A stretch of DNA of 63,798 nt, counting the filler, from Octopus bimaculoides (lineage: Eukaryota): NCBI RefSeq assembly GCF_001194135.2. It is 4 parts of 4 records of this genome, joined end to end, with 100 filler letters (N's around TTAATTAATTAA, not from the genome) between each part and the next. Parts side by side here need not be neighbours in the genome. Positions count along the whole stretch, not along the records: positions 14,872 to 32,722 come from NC_068986.1; 3 more parts are not named here. One strand, given 5' to 3'. The stretch's first letter is position 1. Every line of letters starts with the position of its first letter. The notes below the pieces were generated by a model. That model had not been told where the DNA came from. It was given only the letters and a program-made list of their open reading frames with translations, and ran no database searches. A program made the translations under genes and the position numbers. Of the stretch, positions 14,772 to 28,025 are shown piece by piece.

Positions 14772-14871
14772 NNNNNNNNNNNNNNNNNNNNNNNNNNNNN
14801 NNNNNNNNNNNNNNNTTAATTAATTAANNNNNNNNNNNNNNNNNNNNNNNNNNNNNNNNNNNNNNNNNNNN
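14772..14871. other. Artificial scaffold-joining spacer
   Basis: 44 N + TTAATTAATTAA (14816-14827) + 44 N; stop codons in all six frames. Confidence 0.95.
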
Positions 14872-14982
14872 CGTTGATAGAAATCTGGCCGGCCTGTTAA
14901 AGACGGTGCATAAACTGCTATCAGTCGAAAAGCACACCCATTGCTGCCGTCGACATCCAAGACGACCAGCCTACCCTCCGGG
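14872..14982 (-). mobile_element. Second copy of the same Tx1-like endonuclease fragment, cut by a scaffold end
   Basis: PEGRLVVLDVDGSNGCAFRLIAVYAPSLTGRPDF; close nucleotide match to ~44373-44469. Confidence 0.8.
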
Positions 14983-15070
14983 TAGATACATACATACATA
15001 CATACATACATACATACATACATAATAGATAGATAGACAGACAGACAGAAAGACAGATAGCTAGCTACAT

Positions 15071-15147
<77 letters not shown>

Positions 15148-15290
15148 AATAAATAAATAAACAAACAAACAAACAAACAAACAAAAAAACAAACAAACAA
15201 ACAAGCAAACAAACAAACAAAGGAAAGCAAGGAAGAAAGAAAAAAGAAAGAAACAAACAAACAAACTAACTAACTAACAAGGAAAGTGTC
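14983..15290 (+). repeat. Compound tetranucleotide microsatellite
   Basis: Successive (CATA), (GATA), (GACA), (GATA), (GAAA), (TAAA) and (CAAA) blocks. Confidence 0.95.
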
Positions 15291-15344
15291 GGTAATATAA
15301 ACAGAAAATAGCTCTCGAAACAAGTTTATATAGTTTTCATTGTA

Positions 15345-15960
15345 TTTCTATAAGTTTTAAATTTTTGCAAAAGCCGGCAATTTCGTGAAAGGAGATAATT
15401 TATTACATCGACCTCAGTACTCAACTGGTACTTTTTAAAATCAAGAATGAAAGGCAAAGTCGGCGGTATTTGTACTCACGTCTTAAAGACGGAAGAAATG
15501 CCACTAAGCATTTCGTCCGGCCGGATAATGATTTTACCAGCTCGCCAGTTTATATCTGTATTATTTTAAAATGTTGCTACAAGAGCAGCTTGGGGAGGGT
15601 AGGACGAGTCGGTTACATCGACCCCAATGCTTAACTGGTATACATTTTATCTATCCAGAAAGGACGAAACGCAAAGTTGCCCTCGGCGGAATTTGAACTC
15701 AGAACGTATCGATGAGCGAAATACTACTAAACATTTCCTCCAGCGTGCAACGCCGTCTTACATATTTATTTACTTATTGCTCCCATAGAGGGGACAAACA
15801 ATGACAGACAAAGGGATTATGTCGATTACATTGACCCCAATGTGAAACTAGTACTTATTTAATCGACCCCGAAAGGATAAAAGGCAAAGTCGACCTCAGC
15901 GGAATTTGATCTCAGAACGTAACGACAAACGAAATACCGCCCAAGGAACTAATGATTCTG
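15345..15960 (-). mobile_element. Three tandem copies of tRNA-derived SINE family B
   Basis: Repeats the block (minus strand) ttctgagttcaaattccgccgaggtcgactttgcctttcatcctttcggggtcgat...aagtaccag. Confidence 0.8.
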
Positions 15961-16210
15961 CCAGCCCACTGCCCTTATTGCTATATGTATTAAAGTGTGT
16001 AGAATCACAAATGCACAGAAACGAAACAGAAAAAATATCGAGGGACAGAGAGAGAGAAAGAATTAGAGTAATCGGAAATAAATATTCATTTGTCGGAGCG
16101 CTCAGTTAGAGGCCTCGTTTCGATTCCCAGCAGAAATCTGATCTAAGTTCTGTTTGTCAAAATCCAAGCTTCACTTTCTTGAGACTAAATGATACATACG
16201 ATATATGTAG

Positions 16211-16540
16211 GAGTGGCTGTGTGGTAAGTAGTTTGCTTACCAACCACATGGTTCCGGGTTCAATCCGACTGCGGGGCACCTTGGGCAAGTGTCTCCTACT
16301 ATATCCTCGGGACGACCAAAGCCTTGTGAGTGAATTTGGTAGACGGAAACTGAAAGAAGCCTGTNNNNNNNNNNTATATGTAGGAGTGGCTGTGTGGTAA
16401 GTAGTTTGCTTACCAACCACATGGTTCCGGGTTCAGTCCGACTGCGGGGCACCTTGGGCAAGTGTCTCCTACTATATCCTCGGGACGACCAAAGCCTTGT
16501 GAGTGAATTTGGTAGACGGAAACTGAAAGAAGCCTGTCGT
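16211..16540 (+). mobile_element. SINE family A 5' half, present twice across a 10-N gap
   Basis: 16211-16344 and 16381-16514 are nearly identical. Confidence 0.85.
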
Positions 16541-16541
16541 A

Positions 16542-16585
<44 letters not shown>

Positions 16586-17149
16586 TGTGTGTGTATAACT
16601 AACTATATCTGCCGCAAACAACGTCAGATATTCCAATTATGTGGTCAACCTGGTGCGCTTTTGATCAGGTGTCAGTTGATGTGGCACCCATCAAGCATGA
16701 ACCTTCGTCATGTCAAGTTCATTGTGCAGAATATTCTCAACTCTATTACAGGATATGCTAATAACACTGGCTACTTGATTTATAGTCAGTCGCCTGTTAG
16801 CTATCAACATGTGGTGAGCACGATCAATATTTTCCTCAGTGGTGGCAGCTGCGGGACGTCCAGACCTTTGATCATCTTCAAGGGTCTCTCTTCCCCTCCT
16901 AAATTCAGCTGCCCACTTTTACAATCTTGATAAAAGTGGAGTGTTATCCTGTAATGTAGTAACTATGTCAGCATGGGGACTAAAGATTTTTGTTTTTTTC
17001 TGAAGGTACGTGATAATACTACGATGCTAAATTTTATCTATTATCGAGAGAAGTTGCTACTAGTTACATTTGAAGTCTTCTTTGAATAGTTCAGATGCCA
17101 GTTTACCTGTCAGGAAACAATGCAGTTATCAATTTGTAGAGTTGAAATG

Positions 17150-18620
17150 AATGCCTGCTAGATGTCTAGTATCACTCCTTCATAGACAGCCTATGAACTT
17201 TTCAACCCAACCTCGTACCTATTGGTTGAGCTGATTAAATTACTTACACTTTACTTCTTAAAATCTTGCATAGAATACGATACATTTAGTTCACTCTGTA
17301 ATCGTATTATGTCACAAAAATCTACCATAAGTGCTTTTTAACGAATTTAAAGCATCCACTGGAAATTGTTTGCGATATCCCTCACTTGATGAAACTGTAA
17401 AGTTCGGTGAATTTAATCTCTTCTAAGGATGAATATCGTGTTTTTAATTGGTCAACTATTGTGTCAATAATTTTATTATAGAGCATTTTATAACGTTGCT
17501 TGGGGATCAATAGATTTATTCCTGGATCTCTTAATTTCGATTGCTGCATCGCTTCCATACTTTCCCCCTAAATCATAAAATATTGAAAAATCATCGTGTT
17601 TATTTTCGAGCACGGCCTTAGTTTTATCTATTTGCTCTTTACAATACAGTGTCATGATTTTAAATTTGAAGGATGTTAAATAAGACATCATTAAAAGAAA
17701 ACATTTCACTAAATACTTCTAATAAAATTAAGAAATCAGGAGCTTTCAAATTATGTAAGAATCTAAAGCAGAATTTATTGTGGTCTCATCCAATGCTTCA
17801 GGATTTTCAATGATGTCTTCAAAAAAGATGAAATTACAATATTTCTTTGATAGTAAGAAAAAGACGTGAGGAGTATTTCTATCCAATTCCTGTAGATTTG
17901 AGAAATCTTTTTTAATGCATTAACCCTTTCAGGTGATTTCCTAAAAATATGTACCGAATCCATTTACTGTAGCAAAAAGATATCTTGCATTCTTTTATAG
18001 CAAAGCACGCTTGCGAAAGAACTAAACTTAAGAGATGAGCACAACAATGAACAAACATCGCACATTCATATTTCTCTCTTACCTTTGACTTTTGACTGCA
18101 ACTCATTTAATTATTCTACCATTGTAGCGGCACCATCATAGGTTTGAGCAATTAAATTGTTTCCACGTTCCCACGTTTCGATGCATTTAAAACATGTTCA
18201 GATAAAGCATTTACAGAACGAGCTGCACTAGCATCATTAAAACGGATAAATCGTTCTTTAATAACACGATATTTTGTAACATAATGTAAAACAGTTGACA
18301 GTTATGAATACTTCGATACATCGGATATTTCATCGAAAAGAACAGCGACAAATTTTGTCTGCTTCGTTCATTTTATATTTCATCCAACAACTTCTTGAAC
18401 TGCATCGATCAAGTCGTTTCAAATTTGTTTAGAGAGACGTAAGAAAACAGAAATTGTATCAAGATGGCTTGCCAATTCTTCGTCATATTTACTGATTAAA
18501 TATAAGAGTGCTTAATAATTTCCACGATTATTTGATTTTGGGGACTCAAAATGACGCCAAAATTATATTTCCTGGCGACTGGGAAAAATAACTGCATCGA
18601 TCTGACACCACAGAATGTAT
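17150..18620 (-). mobile_element. Decayed hAT transposase (ZMYM1-like group)
   Basis: Piecewise translation: GHFESPKSNNRGNY, NDLIDAVQEV, FVAVLFDEISDVSK, IAQTYDGAATM, MFVHCCAHLLSLVLSQAC, IRLQSELNV. Many stops and frameshifts; termini not resolved. Confidence 0.85.
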
Positions 18621-19896
18621 CTGGAATCTTTGTGGTTATCGTCACTGTCTACAATTTTGTTCCAATTGTTTTCAAATTTGATATATGGATTAAGTTTTGT
18701 ATACTAATTATGAAAATGAAATTTATGCTTCCTATAAATTTTTAATTAAAAAGTTATTAGCTTTTAAAATTTGCAAAATTTGGGTAGTTTAGCCAATCAG
18801 AAGTGAGTATGTTACACATCACCGTGAAGTTCTGTTAGCATAGTAAGCAAAGAAGCACCACGTGTTCTATAGCTGATGGCGAAGAACACTGTTTCCATAG
18901 TAACCAAAGAGGCTGCGCATGTGCACAAGAATGTAAACAAAAACTACATATGATTCTCAGTTCTTCCAGGAACCACTATCTACAGTGACCTCTGGCGAGC
19001 TTATAATCATATCCCAGAAACATTGGGCTATGATTTCAAACATAAAACTGTGAACCATAGCATCGAATTATAAACTCAAAAGATAAGATTCATACTAAAC
19101 AAATTGGGAGTACCTGGGTATCTTTAAAGCTTGGAAACAAACGCTGGTGTCCGACATACCGTTCCATGGTTGACTCTTATATTTGTGAATTTATGTGGAG
19201 AAGGAGATATGAGAAAGATAATTTATTTTATAAAATCGTAGTCTACTGCAAACTTTTGTTCTTGAATTTTTATGATTAATAAATTTCTGTTTTAAGTAAT
19301 GCTTTACTGTTATTTCTAGCAACTCCTGTTGGTTTGTTCGTAATTTTTAAATGTTTAATTTGCTCACGAATGTCTTAATGTTTTGACTGTTATTTGCTTT
19401 AATGTTTTTCACTGTTTACTGTAGCTAGTCTAATGTTTTGACATGCCGGTGCTCCCCACCCTGCTTTCTCGAAACTGTAACATGATAGAAGAGGCATCGA
19501 ATGCGCTGATTTCTGATTGGCTGAAAATTTTGACAATCATCAAACTTTGAACACGTGTAACATTTTCGCAATTTTTTTCTGGAATAAATGAATAACAAAT
19601 TCGGATTCAGCGTCAAAGTTTTCATCTAAATGATACATTGAAAAATCTTTATAAATATTTCGACATGCAGTGTCGATAATCACAAAGATCTTGTATCTGT
19701 TCTGTCTAACCTCTTATTATGCTGTTATATACCCTGTTATATATATATATTGTGTGTGTGCGTGTGTGTGTGGGGGGGGTGTATAAATTTAAATAATAAG
19801 GGTTAAAAATTGAATATTGATTTGATTAATATCAATTTAAAACCCGTGGCCTAGCATATTGAAAAATCTGAAAATCCAGAGAAGTTACATACATAT

Positions 19897-20079
19897 AAGA
19901 GGGGTGACCACTAAGTAGACATCCATTATGCTAGAAGACCACCTATGGTCTGACCACTAAGAAAAGGTTGTTCTGAAGAAAATTGCTTAATTTTCTTGAG
20001 AACAATCTTTCCTTAGTGGTCAGACCATAGGTGGTCTTGTTCTAGCATAATGGATGTCCAATTAGTAGTCATCCCTCTT
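19897..20079. repeat. Near-perfect 183-bp palindrome (hairpin element)
   Basis: Arms 19897-19984 and 19989-20079 around a 4-nt centre GCTT; core gacatccattatgctagaa-gaccacctatggtctgaccactaag is mirrored. Confidence 0.9.
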
Positions 20080-20080
20080 T

Positions 20081-20116
<36 letters not shown>

Positions 20117-23100
20117 TGTAATTGTAAGTTTATGCAAATATTCCCAAATGTTTAAGATCTATCAAAGATTTTGTCTTTGAGAACGNNNNNNNNNNNNNNN
20201 NNNNNNNNNNNNNNNNNNNNNNNNNNNNNNNNNNNNNNNNNNNNNNNNNNNNNNNNNNNNNNNNNNNNNNNNNNNNNNNNNNNNNNNNNNNNNNNNNNNN
20301 NNNNNNNNNNNNNNNNNNNNNNNNNNNNNNNNNNNNNNNNNNNNNNNNNNNNNNNNNNNNNNNNNNNNNNNNNNNNNNNNNNNNNNNNNNNNNNNNNNNN
20401 NNNNNNNNNNNNNNNNNNNNNNNNNNNNNNNNNNNNNNNNNNNNNNNNNNNNNNNNNNNNNNNNNNNNNNNNNNNNNNNNNNNNNNNNNNNNNNNNNNNN
20501 NNNNNNNNNNNNNNNNNNNNNNNNNNNNNNNNNNNNNNNNNNNNNNNNNNNNNNNNNNNNNNNNNNNNNNNNNNNNNNNNNNNNNNNNNNNNNNNNNNNN
20601 NNNNNNNNNNNNNNNNNNNNNNNNNNNNNNNNNNNNNNNNNNNNNNNNNNNNNNNNNNNNNNNNNNNNNNNNNNNNNNNNNNNNNNNNNNNNNNNNNNNN
20701 NNNNNNNNNNNNNGAAAAACTATTTTCTAAAAGTTCTTCTAAAGCGCACATTTCAGTCGTTTGGTCTAATATTTCGAAAGTTTAAAAGATTTTGTAAAAG
20801 AATTTTGCACGCGCGATTGTGTGTGAGTGAAGTGAAAGGCAATCTGAATAAAACGGAAAATAATCTTAATAAATCAATGAAGCTTCGAAAGATTCGGGTC
20901 AAAAGGGAGATATTCCAACTTTCATGGGACTGATAATCCAAAATAGGTCCAAGAAAGTAACAATGGGCATTAAATATCAAAGAGAAAATGAATATTTTTT
21001 TCTTCCCTTCACAAGATAGATAATTTAGTTCCTATTAGCCCGAATAAAAGAACCCATCCGAATTTTGAAAGAGCTTTTATTTTTAGACAGTGGTCAAGCG
21101 GTCAAATCCATTTAACTATGTGATGAATCTTTAGCGACACCAGTTACAAATAACTAACGTGGTTGTGTGGTAAAAAGGCTTTCCAACACAGAAGATATAG
21201 AGAGGTCATGTTGTCGTTCTTGTTGTCGTTGCTGCTGTTGTTGTGGCCACATGCGATGTTGACGTTGCTTTAGTTTACAAGGAGGTCATAAATACCCTTG
21301 GGAATTTTACCAGCTTCATCTTTTCTTTTAATTAACTTGAAGCAACTTTCACAGATCAATTTTAGATACTATTTTCTGAACCTATATATATGTAGATNNN
21401 NNNNNNNNTGTGTGTGTGTGTGTGTGTGTATTGCCTACCGGAACTGTTAAGTTACGGGACATAAGCACGACAACGCCAATTGAATGTTTGTGTGTCTGGG
21501 GGGGGGGGTGACAGGCTTCTGTCATCAATGTTCGTCTACCAATTCCACTCACTTCGTCGGCCCGATTCTATAGATGCTATATAATGAAAGAAAGTTGAGA
21601 ATTATGGATGTATGATTGATTTATATGTATGATATTATGATAATAAAAGTTGTTTTTTTAATAAAAGCAGTATAAATATATTATAAATCATGAAACTCAA
21701 AAAGAATACTTCACCTGCTTCCTTTTAAGACATATGTTAACCTTTGATGTAGCTTTGAGGCTCCTAAAGCCCTGACGAAATTCTGCTCCACATAGTTGAA
21801 AATGGTGACGAATTCTTAACATTTGATGTCACCCAAATGCTTAGAATTACGAATTACACAGGAGCATGAATCAAAACATATATGTAGGATTTTGGCACCT
21901 GTCATTTCATTTTTTTTTAGCTTTATAATTTATAATTTATTTGTATTTTGTAAAGTAAACTTTCAACCTGATAATCTCATACAAATGAATTGATTTTAGT
22001 CCACAATTCTTCATTTTATTTGTTTCATTATTAACAATATGTATTACTGTAATAATCCCAAACATATCGCCGAGACATCTCCTTATATGGTAGTGATTAA
22101 CCAGTGAAATTTTTGGATTATTTAATCCCTAATGAGGTCTTGACATCCTCGAATTGACTATATATGTATATATGTAATATTGAAAGATGCAGTATTAATA
22201 CCAACAGGTAATATTTATCGCCATTTGAAAGTGGATGTTGTGTTAGAACACAGAATACTGCGTTTGATACCATGAGAGAACCTCCCATATGGGCTTTCGC
22301 TAACGACGAGATAAATTACCCGCTATCGCCACCACCTAGACAACCAGATCACGTGATTTCTGCCATGGCCTTCTCTGGCCTTGTCAATGGTGGACACTCG
22401 ATCGCTGGATATAGCAGCGATATCTCCGCTAGAGATAGACATAGAATTTCAATGTCTATTCAGGCACAAGTGTCACAAATATAAAAATTAATAATTGGCG
22501 CAAGAAACAGTATTAATATCAAAAGTTCTTTCTTTCCCTAATGATTCTTTACGCTCTGCGTTCGAATTCCGCCGAAATCGACGCTGCTTTTCGGACTTTC
22601 GCGGATCGATAAAATAAATATCAGTTGAATACCGCGTGAATGTAATAGACTTAACCCTTTCCTGAAAAGTGCTGGCGTTTTGCCAATATTTGAAACCAAT
22701 ACCTTAAGCAGACGACGAAGGAAAAGTATACTCTGCACCAGAACCAGCTAAGTCTGTAGGTGGTTTAACATTTTACTGTTCTATTAATTCGCACTAATTC
22801 CCAATTACGTCTTACACATTTGATGTACGACAATGATTACAAAATATGTAAGTTATAATATCTCACCAGTGTACTACAAGTGTAACGATGCGTACAAATA
22901 ATTGTAGGGACTTTAAATAATGCCGTTCAATCCAAATAATGTTTCTATTGTATGTTTATATGAATACACACGAAGTTTCTCACGCAGAATAGTTCTTAAG
23001 CAGCTGTGGGAATTCACAAAACCAAACTAAAGAGGATTATTTTATGATATTGAATCTACATCCCATTAAATGTGGTGTAGAATTGCGTGCTGTATTCCAG

Positions 23101-23149
23101 AAATATGGCATGTACTAGGTACATATATATATATATATATATATGTGTG

Positions 23150-23181
<32 letters not shown>

Positions 23182-23779
23182 TGTATGTATGTATGTGCAA
23201 GACAAAAATATTACATGAACATGCCTATAAACGTATGTGCGTACATCCACCCATACTGACTTGCTTAAAAATATACATACAAGTATAAATATATGCAAAC
23301 ATGCACTCACACAAACACACGTATTATATATATATNNNNNNNNNNNNNNNNNNNNNNNNNNNNNNNNNNNNNNNNNNNNNNNNNNNNNNNNNNNNNNNNN
23401 NNNNNNNNNNNNNNNNNNNNNNNNNNNNNNNNNNNNNNNNNNNNNNNNNNNNNNNNNNNNNNNNNNNNNNNNNNNNNNNNNNNNNNNNNNNNNNNNNNNN
23501 NNNNNNNNNNNNNNNNNNNNNNNNNNNNNNNNNNNNNNNNNNNNNNNNNNNNNNNNNNNNNNNNNNNNNNNNNNNNNNNNNNNNNNNNNNNNNNNNNNNN
23601 NNNNNNNNNNNNNNNNNNNNNNNNNNNNNNNNNNNNNNNNNNNNNNNNNNNNNNNNNNNNNNNNNNNNNNNNNNNNNNNNNNNNNNNNNNNNNNNNNNNN
23701 NNNNNNNNNNNNNNNNNNNNNNNNNNNNNNNNNNNNNNNNNNNNNNNNNNNNNNNNNNNNNNNNNNNNNNNNNNNNNNN

Positions 23780-23811
<32 letters not shown>

Positions 23812-24472
23812 TATATGCATATATATGTATGCGTGTATGTATGTATATATATATATATATATATATACAGAGAGAGACAGGGAGAGAAAAGGCGAGAGAA
23901 AGAAAGGAAGAGAGAGAGAGAAAGAGAAATATTTATACGTTAACACAAGGAAACTTCTACAAATATCTATTCAACATCTAGCATTTATCAAAGGCGGATA
24001 TACATAACGATCGCTCAGAGATGACACGACTATATCAGACAGTCAGGCGAGGTTCTATAAGATGTTTTAATAGCAAGTTCCCGGGGTTACATTTTTTTTT
24101 CCTTTCGAATAATAGTGAATCGGAAAAAAAAAAGAACATTTTGGCCAATAACTTCTCGGTCTCCCGAGCAAAAAGGAAATGAAAACTTGAATAAAGTTTC
24201 TCTTTTCGAAGACGAAAGAGAAGTCGAAGATGGGAAATTGATCTTTTCTCTCTTTTCCGTTGTCTTCCTTTTCTATTTTTCCTTTTCTTACTTCTTCAGC
24301 CATTAAAAAATGGAGTTATATAGCAGGATGTTGTGTTTATATATTTGCAATACAAAAGTCATATAATTTGTTTTTGAATTTTTAAGTTATGTAATCAATA
24401 TGTTGTAGTCAGTCGCTTAAAGTGTCATTCCTAGGAAATGGACGTATGTATAGGCATATATGTATATATGTA

Positions 24473-24508
<36 letters not shown>

Positions 24509-26999
24509 TCTATATATATATATATATAACACAGTCTATTTAGAATATATATATTTATATATTTATATATATCTATAGTTATATATNNNNNNNNNNNNNN
24601 NNNNNNNNNNNNNNNNNNNNNNNNNNNNNNNNNNNNNNNNNNNNNNNNNNNNNNNNNNNNNNNNNNNNNNNNNNNNNNNNNNNNNNNNNNNNNNNNNNNN
24701 NNNNNNNNNNNNNNNNNNNNNNNNNNNNNNNNNNNNNNNNNNNNNNNNNNNNNNNNNNNNNNNNNNNNNNNNNNNNNNNNNNNNNNNNNNNNNNNNNTAT
24801 ATATATATATATATATATATATCTTTGTGTGTGTATGTGTGTGTTAGTTTACGCTTGTATGTGTGTGCTTGTGATTGGGTGTATGATCATGAAAGGGAAT
24901 ACGGAAATGCATATATGCAATGTATCGGCAGAATATTTGAATAATGGAATACAGCTTTATCAAAGTCGCTCATAACATATCAATGCATTCTTTATAGTTC
25001 TAAACTATATAGATATATATTCACATATTTCTTTTTATTGAGTTTCTTTTTTCTTTATGCTGTCGTATTTGTTGTTTCTTCCTACCTTCAAATTGTTGAT
25101 TTCCATTCCAGAGCCCCATTGAAGCAAATTTCATTATTTCACTCGCTTTATTTTATATGGTATAAGGTGAAGGTTGTCATCCCTTGATATCACATCAAAA
25201 AGTGCACCCTTTTTCGCATTTCTGACAACAAACGACAACCACTTCGTAAGAAACGCGAACAAACCATTAAATTCTTCATTCAGCACAAGCATAATGACGT
25301 CCCCTGTTTACATCCTTCGCCATCAAAGCAAGCGGCCCCCGGTTATCAAAGCTGATGATATACCAGTTGTCGCAAACGCCAAGCAAGCTGCCTACCACTT
25401 ATTCATAAAGCACATTCGACAGTCCATCGTAATCAGACAATGTGTTCTTTGTGCAAACAACGATCATCGACCGTAAATTGCTACCATTGTTTTTCGTAAG
25501 ATACCGTTCATTCAACATGCACCAATTGTTTTCCCTCAAATCAAGAATAGTTGAAATAATGTGATTAATAGTAGAATGTGCGTTTTAAAACTGAGGCAAA
25601 AATCTAGACGAAAAGGCTGTGTCAAGAAGTTGATATAACCTGGAAAAATTACATCAATTCAGGCCGAAATTAACTGCAGATTTAATGAAGGAACAGGATT
25701 TAACGATTTACTTATCATGTGCCGCAAGTAAAACAGAAAAGTCATAAATAGCGTCCAGAGTATTTGATTTTAGGTTACATGTATATTCTACAGCGATACT
25801 CCGCCACACACACACAAAAAATAAATTTTAAAGTTGCGATACACTCGTTTGAAATTTAGATTAACATGTAATGCATTTGTTATACGATTAATCAGACATG
25901 ACACGAGTTATTATTATACAATTTTGCAGACAGCGAATACATGGAATTATTAAGCCTAAACATATCTTCTTTAGCAAAATAAAATACCCTAAGGTCTTGT
26001 CTCCATCCATTCCGTCTTTATTTGCTACTGAAACTTTGAATGACATGTTACAAATCCTATAATAGCATAATAAACGTATTTTTTTTTCTTTTTTTTTTTG
26101 CATTTTATACGACTTCACATTGCACACTGAAAACGATAGACAATTACAAACATTCCTGCAGATATCAATTGGATTTTGCAGACAAATTTATGAGATTTGA
26201 ATTAGAAATGTCACCAATGCAATCTTGAATAGGGGAAAATTAAGAATATTAGAATAACGTTGATAACGAAAATGAAATAGGAGAATTTCAGAAAATACAT
26301 ACGAATAATTAGGAACTAATGAACTACACACTGTTACAACACAAATAAATATTGTAGAAAGAGATTACAACAATACTGTCAACGGACCTAAATACAAATA
26401 CAAATTAACAACATATCTAATATAAACGCTGTTTTAGGAACATTCAAAATCTGTGACTCTCCGTGGGTACATAATTTCTCCCGGCTATTCGAACACGCAA
26501 ACATCTCTTTCATAGCCAAGACATTTTTGAAGCACCTCAGGCTATATTTGTATCGTTGTTTTATTTAACATTCAAAATTCAAAATTCAAAACTCAGATCA
26601 CTCTCCAGAACTTATAAAAATTCAGAAGATAAACAGTTGAAATATTTACAAGCTAAGCAACTGCAAAGGTTTTAAGGCACAGTCGATACTTTAAAAAAGA
26701 ATACTGCTAAACTCGAACACATCGTAAAACTAGTGTAAAAAAAGCAGCGGTATATTTGTTGTTCTTTCGGTAACTGAAATAAGTCAGTTCTCAAAATCTA
26801 TCAACACTTGCTTAATTAGAAGTGGTGGTAACTTCTGCTGTCTCTGTCATACATTCTGATCCTGTGATGACGTCATTCGCTGACTTGATCCATTGATAAT
26901 AGTTCTATAAATGCGAACACAACAAAAATGACAGCGTGGTTTAAATGTTAATACTTTCCCACATTTTGTTCACTCTTTTTCTGTTTTCTTCTTTTTCTT

Positions 27000-28025
27000 T
27001 TGACTTTTATAGATCCCGAAAGGATGAAAGACAAAATCGACCTCAGCGGAATTCGAACTCACAAAGTAAAGTCAGAAGAGTTGCAGCTAAGCATTTTATT
27101 TGACGTGCTAACGATTCTGCCCGGCTCATCAATAATAATCCTTTCTACTGGAGGAGAAAGGCATGAAATTTGTTGGGGGGGGGACTAGTCGATTACATCA
27201 ACCCCAGTGTTTTATTGGTACTTAATATATCGACACCGAAAGGATGAAGGCAAAGTCGACCACGGCGGAATTTGAACTCAGAACGTAGCGTCAGGCGCAA
27301 TACCACTAAGGCTCGTCAATAATAATCCTTTCTACTATAGGTACAAGGCTTGAAATTTCGGGGGAAGGGACTAATCGATTAGATTGACTCCAGTGTTGCN
27401 NNNNNNNNNNNNNNNNNNNNNNNNNNNNNNNNNNNNNNNNNNNNNNNNNNNNNNNNNNNNNNNNNNNNNNNNNNNNNNNNNNNNNNNNNNNNNNNNNNNN
27501 NNNNNNNNNNNNNNNNNNNNNNNNNNNNNNNNNNNNNNNNNNNNNNNNNNNNNNNNNNNNNNNNNNNNNNNNNNNNNNNNNNNNNNNNNNNNNNNNNNNN
27601 NNNNNNNNNNNNNNNNNNNNNNNNNNNNNNNNNNNNNNNNNNNNNNNNNNNNNNNNNNNNNNNNNNNNNNNNNNNNNNACTTAATTTTTCGACGCCAAAA
27701 GGATGAAAGGGAAAGTCGACCTCAACGGAATTTGAACTCTGAGCGTAAAGACAGACGAAATACCGCTAACATTTCACCCGGCGTGCTAACGTTTCTTATT
27801 TCTTTATTGCCCACAAGGGGCTAAACATAGAGGGGACAAACAAGGACAGACAAACGGATTAAGTCTGTTGCATCGATCCCAGTACGTATCTGGTGCTTAC
27901 TTAATCGACCCCCAAAGGATGAAAGGCAAAGTCGACCTCGACGGAATTTGAACTCAGAACGTAACGGAAGACGAAATACCGCTAAGCATTTCGCCTTGCG
28001 TGCTAACGTTTCAGCCAGCTTCCCG
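27000..28025 (-). mobile_element. Head-to-tail cluster of about five SINE family B copies or fragments
   Basis: gaaaggatgaaaggcaaagtcgacctcggcggaatttgaactcagaacgta recurs at ~27018, ~27237, ~27698 and ~27914. Confidence 0.85.

Noticed and set aside
14816-14827. TTAATTAATTAA as a conserved biological motif
   Set aside because: Always centred in exactly 44+44 N, so it is an artificial linker.
16211-16540. Apparent tandem duplication of a SINE half
   Set aside because: Near-identical copies either side of a 10-N gap point to contig overlap or haplotype duplication.
16394-16930. 178-aa ORF
   Set aside because: Starts in a SINE, crosses an (AT)n tract, and shows no recognisable domain.
18780-19560. 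Inverted agccaatcagaa motifs as hAT termini
   Set aside because: Only a short match with no TSD; the ends cannot be supported.
21700-21900. Possible exon (MLRIRHHFQLCGAEFRQGFRSL... on minus)
   Set aside because: Short, non-consensus donor, and no recognisable similarity.
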